This document shows, piece by piece, positions 40,078 to 52,495 of a stretch of DNA of 64,000 nucleotides. The stretch is from Octopus sinensis. Taxonomy: Eukaryota. The notes beneath the pieces were generated by a model that searched no databases, was not told where the DNA came from, and saw only the letters and a program-made list of their open reading frames with translations. The stretch covers positions 1 to 64,000 of the forward strand of contig NW_021833256.1 of NCBI RefSeq assembly GCF_006345805.1, written 5' to 3'. How positions within the stretch are numbered: the stretch's first letter is position 1; each line of letters opens with the position of its first letter. A program made the position numbers and the translations under genes.

Positions 40078-40347
40078 TTATAAACATATACACATATAAA
40101 CATATACACATATAAACATATACATATGTACACACTTACATACACACACACACACACACACAAACATATACATGCATAGAGAGAGAGAGAGAGATAGCAT
40201 ATAGGAGTCAGTTCCATTGATTCCCATTCCCTGAGAAAAATTGGCCTTCAGCCTAGTCAAAAGAAAATCGTCATCATCATCATTATCATCAGCATCATCA
40301 TCATTATCATCAGCATCTTCATTGTTATTGTTATTACTGTGAGTCAG

Positions 40348-40359
40348 GAAATGCCGTCT

Positions 40360-40391
<32 letters not shown>

Positions 40392-40439
40392 TGGCACTGG
40401 CGCTGCAGTTATCGCTGCCATTCTTTGAATTATCGATTG
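40348..40439 (+). CDS. Inferred signal-peptide exon of the DGCR2-like gene: (E)KCRLLLLLLLLLLLLALALQLSLPFFELSI(G)
   Basis: cag acceptor at 40345-40347 (weak pyrimidine tract) and gtttgt donor at 40440. Phase 2 start and phase 1 end fit both neighbouring exons. The reading is basic n-region plus 12 Leu h-region. Confidence 0.55.
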
Positions 40440-41354
40440 GTTTGTTTGAATGCTAATGACATCATCATTCTACTCTGGCAGTATGTGATGCTGGCGCCGG
40501 TGGTGGTCGTGATGGCGGCAGCGGTGGTGGTGGTGGTGGTGGTGGTGGTGGTGGTGTTGGTCGTGGTGATGATGTAAGTTCTTGATAGACCACTTCCTGT
40601 TTCCCCCATTCACACTCGTATATCTGCTGCTGTTTGTTGGGTGGGACAGGCATAAGTGTCACAACCTCACGCTTCTCTTCTGCACATGTGTCAGGCTTCG
40701 TTTCAAGTTGTCTTGCATATGGGGCGGAAAAAAAATCAACAAAAAAAAAAGAAAAAGAACATTCTTCACTCAGTTATATGTTTTGCTCTTGTTTACTCAT
40801 TCCTCAGCTGTTTTTTTTTTTTTATTGTTGTGTTTCATTTACTTCCATTTACCAACACCATCATTAACATCATCATCATCGTCGTCATCAATATCATTTT
40901 TAACATCGGCAACAGCATCATCACCCCCACTAACACCATCATATTCAGCATGTTTTCATCTCCACTATCGCCACCTATTTCTTTACTGCCCACAAGGGGC
41001 TAAACACAGAGGGGACAAACAAGGACAGACAAACGGATTAAGTCGATTACATCGACCCCCAGAGCGTAACTGGTACTTAATTTATCGACCCCGAAAGGAT
41101 GAAAGGCAAAGTCGACCTCGGCGGAATTTGAACTCAGAACGTAGCGGCAGATGAAATACCGCTAAGCATTTCGCCCGGTGTGCTAACGTTTCTGCCAGCT
41201 CTCCACTATCACCACCACCACCACACCACTACCACCACCACCACCACCACCACCACCATCATCATCAACACTGATACCATCAACAACATTAAAATCATCC
41301 TCACTATCATAATTGCCATCTTCTTCAAATCCACCACCACCCTCATCCATATTG

Positions 41355-41390
<36 letters not shown>

Positions 41391-41733
41391 TATTTATTAT
41401 TTAATTAAGGCAGTGGGCTGGCACAATCGTTACTATACACCAGGCAAAATGCTTAATGACATTTCGTCGTCTTTCATTCTGAGTTCAAACTCCACTGAGG
41501 TTGACTTTGCCTTTCATCCTCTCGGGGGTCAATAAAATAAGTACCAGTTGCATAGTGGAGTTGATGCAATTGATTTCCCCACATCAGTCGAAATTTCTGC
41601 CCTTGGGTCAAAATGAGAAAGAATTATTATCATTAGTTATTCTTAATGAAGGTGGTAACTGACTATCCCACTCCTTCCAAGTTTCAGCCCTTGTGCCTGT
41701 AGTAGAAAGTATTATTATTATCATTATCATTAC

Positions 41734-41764
<31 letters not shown>

Positions 41765-42552
41765 GAGTGAGAGAGCAGTGCATGCCATCAAAGTGACACT
41801 GGGGTAAAATATACGAAGCCCAGTATACCCATCATGATTACCTGTCTGATAAGGGTACACCAGGCACATGCATCACAACCATATGTGCGCGACATGGTGA
41901 TCTCATTATCAAGATAAACTACTCATGACCTTGCAGGTGGGACCCAGTTTTCTTCAGGTTGAGTAGGCCATCCCACTCAAAAGGTCCCTGAATAAGGGTT
42001 GTTTCAGGATGATGAACAAAACACCCGTGTTTCCAGAGGTGAATTAATCAAAACCCAAAGAATTCCTTTCAACACATGGCTATGATACTCACCCACCACT
42101 TCTGCTCATGATCAGAGATGCACATATCGTCAGCCACTAAGGGACATGCTCAACTGGTTAAGGTCAAACAAATCAATGATATTGAGCAGAATAAACACAC
42201 CAACACCAGTTGTCAAACAGTGGTGGGAACAAACACAGACACACACACACACAACAGGCTTCTTTCAGTTTCCATCTACCAAACCCATTCATAAGGTTTT
42301 TTGGTTGACCTGAGGCAATAATAGAAGATACTTTCCCAAGGTGTCACGCAGTGGAAGTGAACCTGGAACCCTGTGGTTGGGAAGCAACGGGTGCTTCTCT
42401 TTAGTTTTTCATGCAACTGGCACTAGTAAATGTGCATGTAGCTTGTGACACAGAGAAAAAGGAAACAGAAAACGCTCTCACTACTGAGAGGAAGTATTTG
42501 GGAGGAGAAGATGGAGAGGAGTGACTGTTTGCTATAAATTGAAATGCTACAG

Positions 42553-43106
42553 CAGCAGTTCTCAACCAGAGTTCATATGACCCCCGAGGGTCCGTATAAG
42601 ATTTACGGGTCCACACTAACAAAATAGTAAATTGGGGATCCACGGGAGTATTTTAGGTGTCCCTGTAAAATTTTGATTTAAATGCATCATTTGCAAGAAA
42701 CAGCTGGGTTTCTTTCTCTAATGTTTTGCATAGTTCAACCAACACGAGTTGATGTGTGAATCACAAAATAGGAATTTTGAAAGAAGTTTCTATAAAACCA
42801 GTTTCTAAACATCAAATGGCTATAGGGTGTCCACTGGGTCCATAGATAAAAAAAATCGTTGAGGATCATATGATTGGGAAGCAAGCTTCTTAACCACAAA
42901 ACCATATAAGATTTTGTTGTTAAACGATGTGCGAAAAATTGGTTATGTTTCTATAGTACACAAAATATTTAAACAATTTTTTTATACAATTCGTAAAAAT
43001 ATTTAATTTAGAAATGCAATAGGATATTTTTTAATAGAATTGGGGGCAGTCAAGTAAAATAGGAATCAAAGGGGTCCTATTGGCAAACAATAGTTGAGAT
43101 CCACTG
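42553..43106. mobile_element. hAT-like MITE (with a small SINE A insert); fragments at about 200-310, 43156-43200, 44460-44535 and 44815-44915
   Basis: cagcagttctcaac...gttgagatccactg termini (CAGTGGTTCTCAAC-type TIR); TSD not recovered. Confidence 0.55.
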
Positions 43107-45790
43107 GTGTAGAATGTAGATTGGGTTATAGTATTCAATGGTGATTGTATGGAACAGTGGTTCTTAACTGGGGTCCATATAAGATTTTGTTAAAGTTACC
43201 TCCGCCAATGTCCCCTACCTTCTCAAAGGTTCTTTGTCTTGCAAGTTACTTGGTGTCCCTGCCAGTGTTGGTGCCACGTAAAAAGCATCCCATCCACACT
43301 GTAAAGCAGTTGGTGTTTAGAATGGCATCCAGCTGTAAAAACCTTGCCAAAACTGACCTCACCTGTACTGGTGCCAGGGAAAAAGCACTCAGTCCACTCT
43401 GCTGAGTGGTTGGTGTTAAGAAGGGCATCCAGCTGTAAAAACTGTGCCAAAACAGACAAGTACTACCGGTCGAGAGTTCCGCATACCAGAAAGCAGCAAG
43501 TGCATGGGGTCATCAGGAGAGAATGAGCACCATTCCAGGGCCTACCTGTCAACGGCATCAATGCGCACCAGCTTCACTGATATGAGGCCCCACTTGCTAG
43601 ATCAACTGGTTATCAAATAAAGCTCAATATTCTTCCAGCCATCGCTCATAATCTTCTGCTTGGCTAGCTCCTGTCAAACCATCCAACTCATGCCAGCATG
43701 GAAAGCAGACATTAAACAGTGATGATGAAATTGGTTATACTCCTAAAATACACAAAATATTTTAATAGTTCTTTTTATTATACATCAAATTCAATGACTA
43801 GCACCTGTGCCAGTGGAGCTCTAAGAGCACCATCCAAGCATGATCATTGCCAGAGCAGCTGACTGGTTTCTGTGCCGGTGGCACGTAAAAATACCGGTGG
43901 CACGTGAAAAAACATTTGAGCGAGGTCATTGCCAGTGCCACTGGACTGGCTCCTGTGCAGGTGTCATGTCAAAAACACCATTTGAGCATGGCCATTGCCA
44001 GTACCGCTTGACTGGCCCTCATGCCGGTGACACGTAAAAGTACCCACTACACTCTTGGAATGGTTGGCATTAGGAAGGGCATCCAGCTGTAGAAACTCTG
44101 CCAGATGGAGCCTGGTGCAGCCATCTGGTTCGCCAGTCCTGTCAAACCATCCAACCCATGCTAGCATGGAAAGTGGATGTTAAACGATGATGATGAGTTC
44201 CTAATAATATTTAGTTTCAAATTTTGATACAAGGCCAGCAAGTTCAGAAGAAGGGGTTAAGTTGATTACATTAGCCCCAGTGCTCAACTGTTATTTTATC
44301 GATCCCAAAAGGGCGAAAGGCAAAGTCAACCTTAGCATAATTTGAATAAAGAATGTCTAAGAAGGACAAAATGCCATTAAACATTTTGCCCAACATGCTA
44401 ACGATTCCACCACCTCATTGTCTTACAATTCTTAATTACACTTAATTATAAAACTACGGCAGGATATTTTATTAACCAGGAGGTGGGGTAGTAGAGTAAA
44501 ATAGCCAAAAAATGGTTGAGAACCTCTGGATGTAGTTTGGGTTATGGTACTGAGTGGTGATTATAAAGAATATGTATTGTGCGAGTCGTGTTGTAATATT
44601 AGTTCTAAGCTTTTGGACAAGGCCAGCAACTTCGAGAGAAGGGGGTAAATCAATTATATCGACCCCAGTGGTCAACTGGCACTTATTTTATCAACCCTGA
44701 AAGGATGAAAGGCACAGTCGACCTTGGTGTAATTTGAACTCAGAACGTTAAAGACAATGCCAGTGGTTCTCCCACCTCGCTGCCTTACAATTCCTAATAA
44801 TATTCAATTAGAAAACTACAATAGGGTATTTTTTTAACATGAGGGGGTGCGGAGGCCAGTAGAGTGAAACAGAAATCAAAAGGGGTCCATTGGCAAAAAA
44901 TGGTTTGGAACCATTGGATGTAGAATGTAGATTGGGTTATAGTAATGAATACTGATTGTATAGAACATGTACTGTACGAGTCATATTGTAATATTGGGAG
45001 GTAATGGTATAGCATGTATTGGAATATAATATTTTAAAGACTTTATTCTGTACCTAACAAGGCTATTTTATAGATTGTGTTGCAAAGTTGTGAGCCCTGG
45101 TACGCATTTTTTTGTTTTTATTTAGTGTTTCCATTCATGTTCTTCTTTATCAAATCCATTACATTACCATGTTGTCGGTGCCATTTTACTCTCAAACCTT
45201 ACATCTTGCTTTTATTTCAAGGGCTTTGTACTTGGTTCCGGAAGGAAATGAAATAAAAAAAAACATCAATGTTTTTGCTCAAAAGGAATCACGATGTCTA
45301 TCACAATGTATAGGTGTTTTTATGTTTGTTTTGGGTTTTTTTTTGTTTGTACATATACATAATATATGTATGTATGCATGTATATATGTATGTATGTATG
45401 TATATATACATATATATATATTTATACATACATATATATATATATATATTATACATACATACACATATATATATATATATATAATATATATATATATATG
45501 TGTGTGTGTGTGAGGATCTATTTTTTTTTTACCTTTTCTATCTTTGATTGTGGTACCAGAATGGCTTCTTTTGGATGTGCTTGCCATTCTGAGAGTCATT
45601 AATTCCAGAGTAGCATAGTTGTGTCATTACCACATGCTGTAGTTGGTACTTGTGTGCTTATATTTGTATATAACTAGGTATGTATGTGTGTGTGTATACA
45701 TGTATGTGTGGTGGTGTATGTATGTATATATGAATATATATGTATGTAGGTGAGTGTGTGCATACATGTATATATGTTTGTGTGTGTGTG

Positions 45791-45823
<33 letters not shown>

Positions 45824-46154
45824 CAAAGCACATACATTTGAAATTTGCTTTTAACCCTTGAAATTGAAGTACATAGAGTTATAGATAATAGTGTGTAAAT
45901 AAGTCTGTGTGTAAATTTGTGTGAATGTTGATGTGTTACTTGTCGCCATTTAAGCGAATTGATTGTGATGCTGATATTAGCATTCCTTGTTGATATTATA
46001 ACAAGTCACTCTATGACTCTATGACCGAGTATGAGTTGGCAACAGGAACAGCATCTGACCATAAGATCCTGCTCTTAAATCAATTCCTATCTTTGCTATC
46101 CCATCCATGCAAGCATGTGCTCAGAGTGCAAACCTCTGCCAAGGCAACACCAAT

Positions 46155-46473
46155 GTCCTCTCAACGATTAGCCAGAGATGATTTTTAAAATGAGAATATC
46201 TGAAATAAACTTGACCGCTCTCACAAACAAGAATACTAAAAATGAACCCGATCACTTTCAAAAATTAAGTAAAATAAATGGAAAATTATCCAGAATCCTT
46301 GTCTGTTACCAGATCGATCCTAAAATCTAATCAGTTCATGCCAGTCATGAGGCCAAACATCTCTGCAAGTTTCATCCAAATCCATCCAGCAGTTCTTAAG
46401 ATATCTTGTCCACGGACAAACCAAAAAGCACGAATGAAAACAATACCTCCGCCTTCGCTATGGCGGAGGTAAA
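46155..46473 (+). mobile_element. Helentron/DINE-1-like element with terminal GC hairpin; internally deleted copy at 55190-55345 (-)
   Basis: Perfect stem TACCTCCGCC/GGCGGAGGTA (46444-46471) at the end; the body is shared with the second copy. Confidence 0.5.
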
Positions 46474-46589
46474 AAGGTATTAATCAAAACAAAAGAATGT
46501 ATTTACATATTACTCATGGCTTGAGGGCAGCAAGCTTGCAAAATTTCTTGTATGTTGAACAAAAGGCTCAGGAGTAATTCTTCTTTGTG

Positions 46590-46708
46590 TTTTGAGTTTA
46601 AATTTCACCAACGTTGACTTTGTCTTTCATCTCTTCAAGCACTGGATTCAATGAAATCAACTAAACCTCTCTCCCAAAATTTCAGTCCTTGTGTCTATAG
46701 TAGAAAGG

Positions 46709-46743
<35 letters not shown>

Positions 46744-48130
46744 AAGGCAGAAACGTTCGCACGCTGGGCGAAATGCTTAGCGGTATTTCATCTGCTGTTA
46801 CGTTCTGAGTTCGAATCCCGCCAAGGTCGACTTTGCCTTTCATCCTTTCGGGGTCGATTAAATAAGTACTTGTTACGCACCAGGGTCGATATAATCGACT
46901 TAATCTGTTTGTCTGTCCTTGTTTGTCCTCTCTGTGTTTAGCCCCTTATGGGTAGCAAAGAAATAGGTATTTTGTCTGTCTTTACATTCTGAGTTCAAAT
47001 TCCGCCTAGGTCGACTTTGCCTTTCAAACCCTTCGGGGGGGGGGGTCAATGAAATAAGTACCAGTTACTACAGGCCTTGTGCCTATAGTAAAAAGGATTA
47101 TTATTATTTAAAGTGGCGAGCTGGCAAAATTGTTAGCACGCTGGACAAAATGCTTTGCAGTATTTCGCCTGTCACTATGTTCTGAGTTCAAATTCCACCA
47201 AGGTCAACTTTGCCTTTCATCCTTCTTATGCTGAGAAAATAAGTGCCAGTGGAACACTGGGGGTCGATGGAATTGACTCATCCCTCCCTGGAATTGCTGG
47301 CCTTGTGCCAAAATTTGAATCCATTATTATTATTGTTATTCAAATTCTGCTGAGGTTGACTTCACCTTTCATCTTTTTGAGGTTGATAAAATAAGTACCA
47401 GTTGAGCACTGGAGCCAGCATGATCAGCTTACTCCCTCCCCAAAATTGCTGGCCTTGTGCCAAAAATTTGAAACTATTATTATTATTGTTGTTGTTGTTA
47501 AGGCGATAAGCTTGCAGAAACATTAGCATGTTAAGGTGGTGAGCTGGCAGAAACGTTAGCACGCCGAGCGAAATGCTTAGCCGTATTTCATCTGCTGTTA
47601 TATTCTGAGTTCAAATTCCACTGAGGTCGACTTTGCCTTTCATCCTTTCAGGGCCGATTAAATAAGTACCAGTTACACACTGGGGTCGATGTAATTGACT
47701 TAATCCCTTTGTCTGTCCCCTCTATATTTAGCCCCTTGTGGGTAATAAAGAAATAGGTATTTCGTCTGCTGTTATATTCTGAGTTCAAATTCCGCCGAGG
47801 TTGACTTTGCCTTTCATCCTTTCAGGGCCGATTAAATAAGTATCAGTTACGCACTGGGGTCGATGTAATTGACTTAATCCCTTTGTCTGTCCCTGTTTGT
47901 CCCCTCTATGTTTAGCCCCTTGTAGGCAATAAAGAAATAAGAAACATTAGCATGTTAGACAAAATACTTAGGGTCATTTCTTCTGGCTTTACATTCTGAG
48001 TTCAAATCCCACCTTTGCCTTTCATTCTTTCAGTGGGAGGGTCAATAAAATAAAGTACCAGCTTAACATTGGGGTGGAGGTTGATGTAATTGATTCCTCA
48101 CCCCTTCAAAATCACTGGCTTTGTACCAAA
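46590..48130 (+). mobile_element. Cluster of at least 6 SINE family B copies; more than 20 further copies, e.g. 315-505, 21640-22090(-), 32330-32775, 34560-34770(-), 40985-41195(-), 50665-50855, 53935-54345
   Basis: Repeated ggcgagctggcagaa.cgttagcacg...ctgagttcaaattcc...gtcgactttgcctttcatcctttcggggtcgat with (TAT)n tails. Confidence 0.9.
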
Positions 48131-48637
48131 ATTCATAGAGAACCATTTACTCAGTGGCCATAACCACTCTCCCCGCTCACCCCACCAAATCATGCCAGTG
48201 TCTATATTCTTTCTTTGCGGCTAAGAATGGTTTGGCCAATTATATATATTTATTCTGACTGCATAGTCTACAGTTTGATGCTAACCGCTCATTTTATTTT
48301 GGTCGTTTTTGATCTAGCCGTGGCATTGATCTTACGGCAGCTAAAATCAGACCTTCCATTCCTGGTCTTTTATTTCAAAGCTTTTTCAGCAATTGTCTGT
48401 CTTTCATATTGGATTACTTCCTCTTTGTTCAGTTTTGCTGTATTTTACTAACTACCAAGAAGTCTCCCTCTCTCTCCTCTCTCTCTCAGCTATTGGCGTG
48501 AGGTGAGGGCAGGTTCCATTTTGGTCTTTGAGTTGGTTTTATTTCTAACTTTCCTGTCATTTACATCCTTATCTATACCTTTATACATCAGTGCACAATG
48601 ATTCGACTTTTTGGTTTGTTGTTTCCTTATATATATG

Positions 48638-48670
<33 letters not shown>

Positions 48671-48939
48671 GTATATATCTAGAGTGAGAGAGATTTTTGT
48701 TTCTCCTTTGTTGTCTCATGCTATTACTAATAATAATGGTTTCAAATTTTGGCGTAATGCCAGCAACTCCGAGGAAAGGTGGATTGTCAATTACACCGAC
48801 TGCAGTGCTCAATTTGTGTTTTATTTAATCGACCCCCAAAAGGATGAAAGCTAATGTCACACTCTGTGGAATTTGAACTCAAAATGTAAAGAACCAAGAG
48901 TCAGAAGAAAGCCCTAAAATTCACTCCATAATTGCCCAC

Positions 48940-49235
48940 GGGCATATGGCATAGTGGTTAAGAGTGTGGGCTACTAACCCCAAGATTCCGAGTTCGATTC
49001 CAAGCAGTGACATAAACAACAAAAAACAACAATAATAATAATAATAATAATAATATCGAAAAATACCTTAGGAATAAGAACCCATGTTCGAAATTTCCCC
49101 AAGACACCTGAAGAAGCCTGGAGGGTATATCAGCCGAAACACTGTGTTAACAACAAACAAGATGAGGACAAATATCTGTCAAATGTAAATAATGTAAATA
49201 ACGTACATAATTCCTTATCTCTTAAATATAGAACT
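48940..49235 (+). mobile_element. tRNA-derived SINE (family E) with hammerhead-containing tail; other pieces at 52424-52604 (-) and 23854-23990
   Basis: A box TGGCATAGTGGT (48947), B box GAGTTCGATTCC (about 48990), then (AAT)n, then a tail shared with the minus copy ending ...ctcttaaatatagaac. Confidence 0.75.
49103..49148 (+). ncRNA. Degenerate minimal hammerhead motif inside a tRNA-headed SINE
   Basis: GACAC-CTGAAGA-AGCCTG(GAGGGTATAT)CAGCC-GAAA-CACT-GTGTT. Stem I GACAC/GTGTT; stem II has one mismatch; stem III is decayed from the ACGT expected by analogy with the intact motif at 25394. Confidence 0.55.
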
Positions 49236-49365
49236 GTATTGTCTGTCTGTCTATCTATCTATCTTTATCTCTATATCTATCTATCCAACTGTCTGTCTGT
49301 CTATCTATCTATCTATATCTCTATCTCTTTCTATCTGTCTAAATCAATTTATCTTTCTCTTCCAG

Positions 49366-49635
49366 GTGTCTCCAGTTTGCCATGCCGTGACTGGGAGGGG
49401 AACATCGTGTCCAACGGTGACGAATACACACCCGATAAAGATGAGCCGTGTCGGTCTTGTATGTGCCAGAACGGTCTACACATCATGTGTAACATGGTCC
49501 TTTGTTCTCCTCCAGCCTGCATGAAGATCAAAACTGTTGAGAATGCTTGCTGTGACTTCCGATGTTTGAATGGCGGACCAGAGAATACACATTCCAACAG
49601 AACTGGTGATAAAAATGGCATCGGGAATGTAAAAC
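49366..49635 (+). CDS. DGCR2: VWC (von Willebrand factor type C) domain exon of DGCR2/IDD-like protein
   Basis: Acceptor tctttctcttccag at 49365 and donor gtgagc at 49636; 270 nt, phase 1-1. Translation CRDWEGNIVSNGDEYTPDKDEPCRSCMCQNGLHIMCNMVLCSPPACMKIKTVENACCDFRCL has VWC cysteine spacing (CxxCxC...C...C...CC..C) and resembles the DGCR2 VWC as I recall it. NRT sequon in the stalk. Confidence 0.9.
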
Positions 49636-50629
49636 GTGAGCCTTTTTTCCATTATCATTTTTCTTTTATTTTAAGGCTGTGACCTGACAGAATCGTTAGC
49701 ACACCAGGTAAAATGCTTAGCAGCATTTCATTCATCTTAATGTTCTAGGTTCAAATTCCACTGAGGTCGACTTTGCCTTTTCTTGTCGAATGAAGTGACA
49801 CCCTCTCACACATAACTGTCAGTGGATTGGACAAGCCTTAGTTGAGGTTAATCTGTGAGGGTGTTAGTCTTGTTATTGATTCTGCATTGGAGTCAGCATC
49901 ATCATCATCGTTTAACGTCCGCTTTCCATGCTAGCATGGGTTGGAATTGTTTGACTGAGGTCTGGTGAACCAGATGGCTGTACCAGACCCAATCTGATCT
50001 GGCAGAGTTTCTACAGCTGGATGCCCTTCCTAACACCAACCACTCCAAAAGTGTAGTGGGTGCTTTTACGTGCCACCGGCACGAGGGCCAGTCGGGCGGT
50101 ATTGGCAACGGCCATGCTCAAATGGTGCTTTTTATATGCCACCTGCACAGGAGCCAGTCCAGGGGCACTAGCAACGACCTTGCTCGAATGTTTTTTCACA
50201 TGCCACCAGCACAAGTGCCAGTAAGGCAACGCAGGTAACGATCACGCTCAAATGGTGTTTTTTTACGTGCCATCGGTACGGAGGCCAGCTTGTTGCTCTG
50301 GCAACGATCTCACTCGTATGGTACTCTTAGCGCTTCACTAGCACGGATGCCAGTCATTGAATTTGATTTCGATTCTTGGAGTCTTGGATTGTTATTGTGC
50401 AAATGGTTATAATAAGATAACCATTGCTTATTGTTATACGGTTATATTTGATACTGTGATATATTGTCACACGCACACACATGCTATATATTGTCACTGA
50501 AGATATAACACCTTTCAATCCTTTCGGGGGTCAATAAATTAAGCATCAATGAAACACTGGGGTCGATGTAATCATCTTACTCCTCCCCCAAAATTTCAGG
50601 CCTTGTATCTTTAGTAGAAAAGATTATAA

Positions 50630-50661
<32 letters not shown>

Positions 50662-51305
50662 GAAGGCAATGAGCTAGCAGAATCGTTAGCATGCTGACTA
50701 AAATGTTTAGCAGTATTTCATCTGTCTTTTACATTCTGAGTTCAAATTCCGCTGTGGTTGACTTTGCCTTTCATCCTTTTGGGGTCGATAAATTAAGTAC
50801 CAGTGAAACACTGGGGTTGATGTAATCGACTAGTCCTCTCCCCACAAATTTCAGGGCAAAAGAAACAATTTCTATGCCAATATGCTGAGAAATAGACTTT
50901 AAATCGTCAATCACCATATACAATATACATCATTATGAATACATGTTCTAAACTATATATATATATATATATATAGTTCAAATTTACAAAAGACAAAGAT
51001 AGGTGTAGGAATAACAAACAGGTGTATTAGTTTATATATTATTAGATAATAAATCGTATGGTGTACACCTGGTAGTTACTGGTAAAGCACGTTCACTTTC
51101 AGAGTTCATTGGGTATTTGATTAATGAGAGAGATGGAAAATAGAATTGTAGTGATTAATAAACATTCTCTCTTATCTTCCATCTCTCTCATTAATCAAAT
51201 ATATATATATATACATATATATGTGTGTGTGTGTATGTATATATATGTGTGTGTGTGTGTATGTATATATATGAATATGTATGTGTATGTATATACATGT
51301 AGGTG

Positions 51306-51339
<34 letters not shown>

Positions 51340-51362
51340 ATATGTGTGTGTATATATGTATA

Positions 51363-51418
<56 letters not shown>

Positions 51419-52495
51419 TAGACAGATATGCATAATATATATATATATCTATTGTGTATATGTATGTGTTTGTGAGTACATATATATATATATATATGTA
51501 GGTATGTATATGTATGCATATATCAAATTATACAATCCTTGTATCCCCCTACCTTCCACCCCCCTATAAATTTATGGATTTTTTTTTTCTCCAATAACTG
51601 AGCAAAAGTCATTATTGTTTTGGCTTGGATTCAGAACGGTTACAATATACTTTTGTCAATCATCAATTTCCTGTTTTTATTGTTTGGGGAAAGATTTTGT
51701 TTAGCTATTTATTTAATTTCATCAAACATTGATGATTATATTTATTGCTCAACCTACTGGAACAGAGATTTCTTTGTTGGTTTCTTTAAAAAGAAACATT
51801 CGAGATGTGGCCAGTAATATCGTTTCTATGATAGGCACAAGGTTTGAAGTTTGTTGGGAGGGTGACTAGTTGACTACACCGGCCCCAGTGCTCAACTTGA
51901 CCTTATTTTATCAAACCATGAAAGGATGAAAGCCAACGTCAACCTCAGTGGTATTTGAGCTCAGAATGTAGAGTTGGAAGAAACGCCCTCAGCATTTCCT
52001 TCGACATACTCTTTTACTTGTTTCAGTCATTTGACTGTAGCCATGCTGGAGCACTGCCTTTTAGTCGAGCAAATCGACCCCAGGACATATTCTTTGTAAA
52101 CCTAGTACTTATTCTATCGGCCTCTTTCGCTGAACTGCTAAGTTACGGGGACATAAACACACCAGCATCGGTTGTCAAGCAATGGTGGGAGTAAAAACAC
52201 AGACACAGAAACATACACACACACACATATACATACATATATATATATATATATGTACGACGGGTTTCTTTCAGTTTCCGTCTACCAAATCCACTCACAA
52301 GGCTTTGGTCGGCCCGAGGCTATAGTAGAAGACACTTGCCCAAGGTGCCATGCAGTGGAACTGAAACCAGAACCATGTGGTTGGTAAGCACACAGCCACT
52401 CCTATGCCTACATGCTAATGATTCAGTCCTATATTTAAGAGATGAGGAATTATGTACATTATTGACGGATATTTGTCCTCATCTTGTTTGTTGTT

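Noticed and set aside
40200-40662. Minus-strand low-complexity frames (poly-P; N/D/S-rich) overlapping the signal-peptide exon
   Set aside because: They are bounded by stops and lack good splice sites; the plus-strand poly-Leu reading explains the segment with matching phases.
48490-48502. Candidate micro-exon (ctctctcag|ctattggcgtgag|gtgagg)
   Set aside because: Possible lengths of 8 or 13 nt are not multiples of 3 between phase-1 exons; at most a poison or cryptic exon, with no support.
48940-49012. tRNA-like A/B-box sequences as tRNA genes
   Set aside because: They are SINE heads: multi-copy, diverged, no complete cloverleaf, and continuous with SINE bodies.
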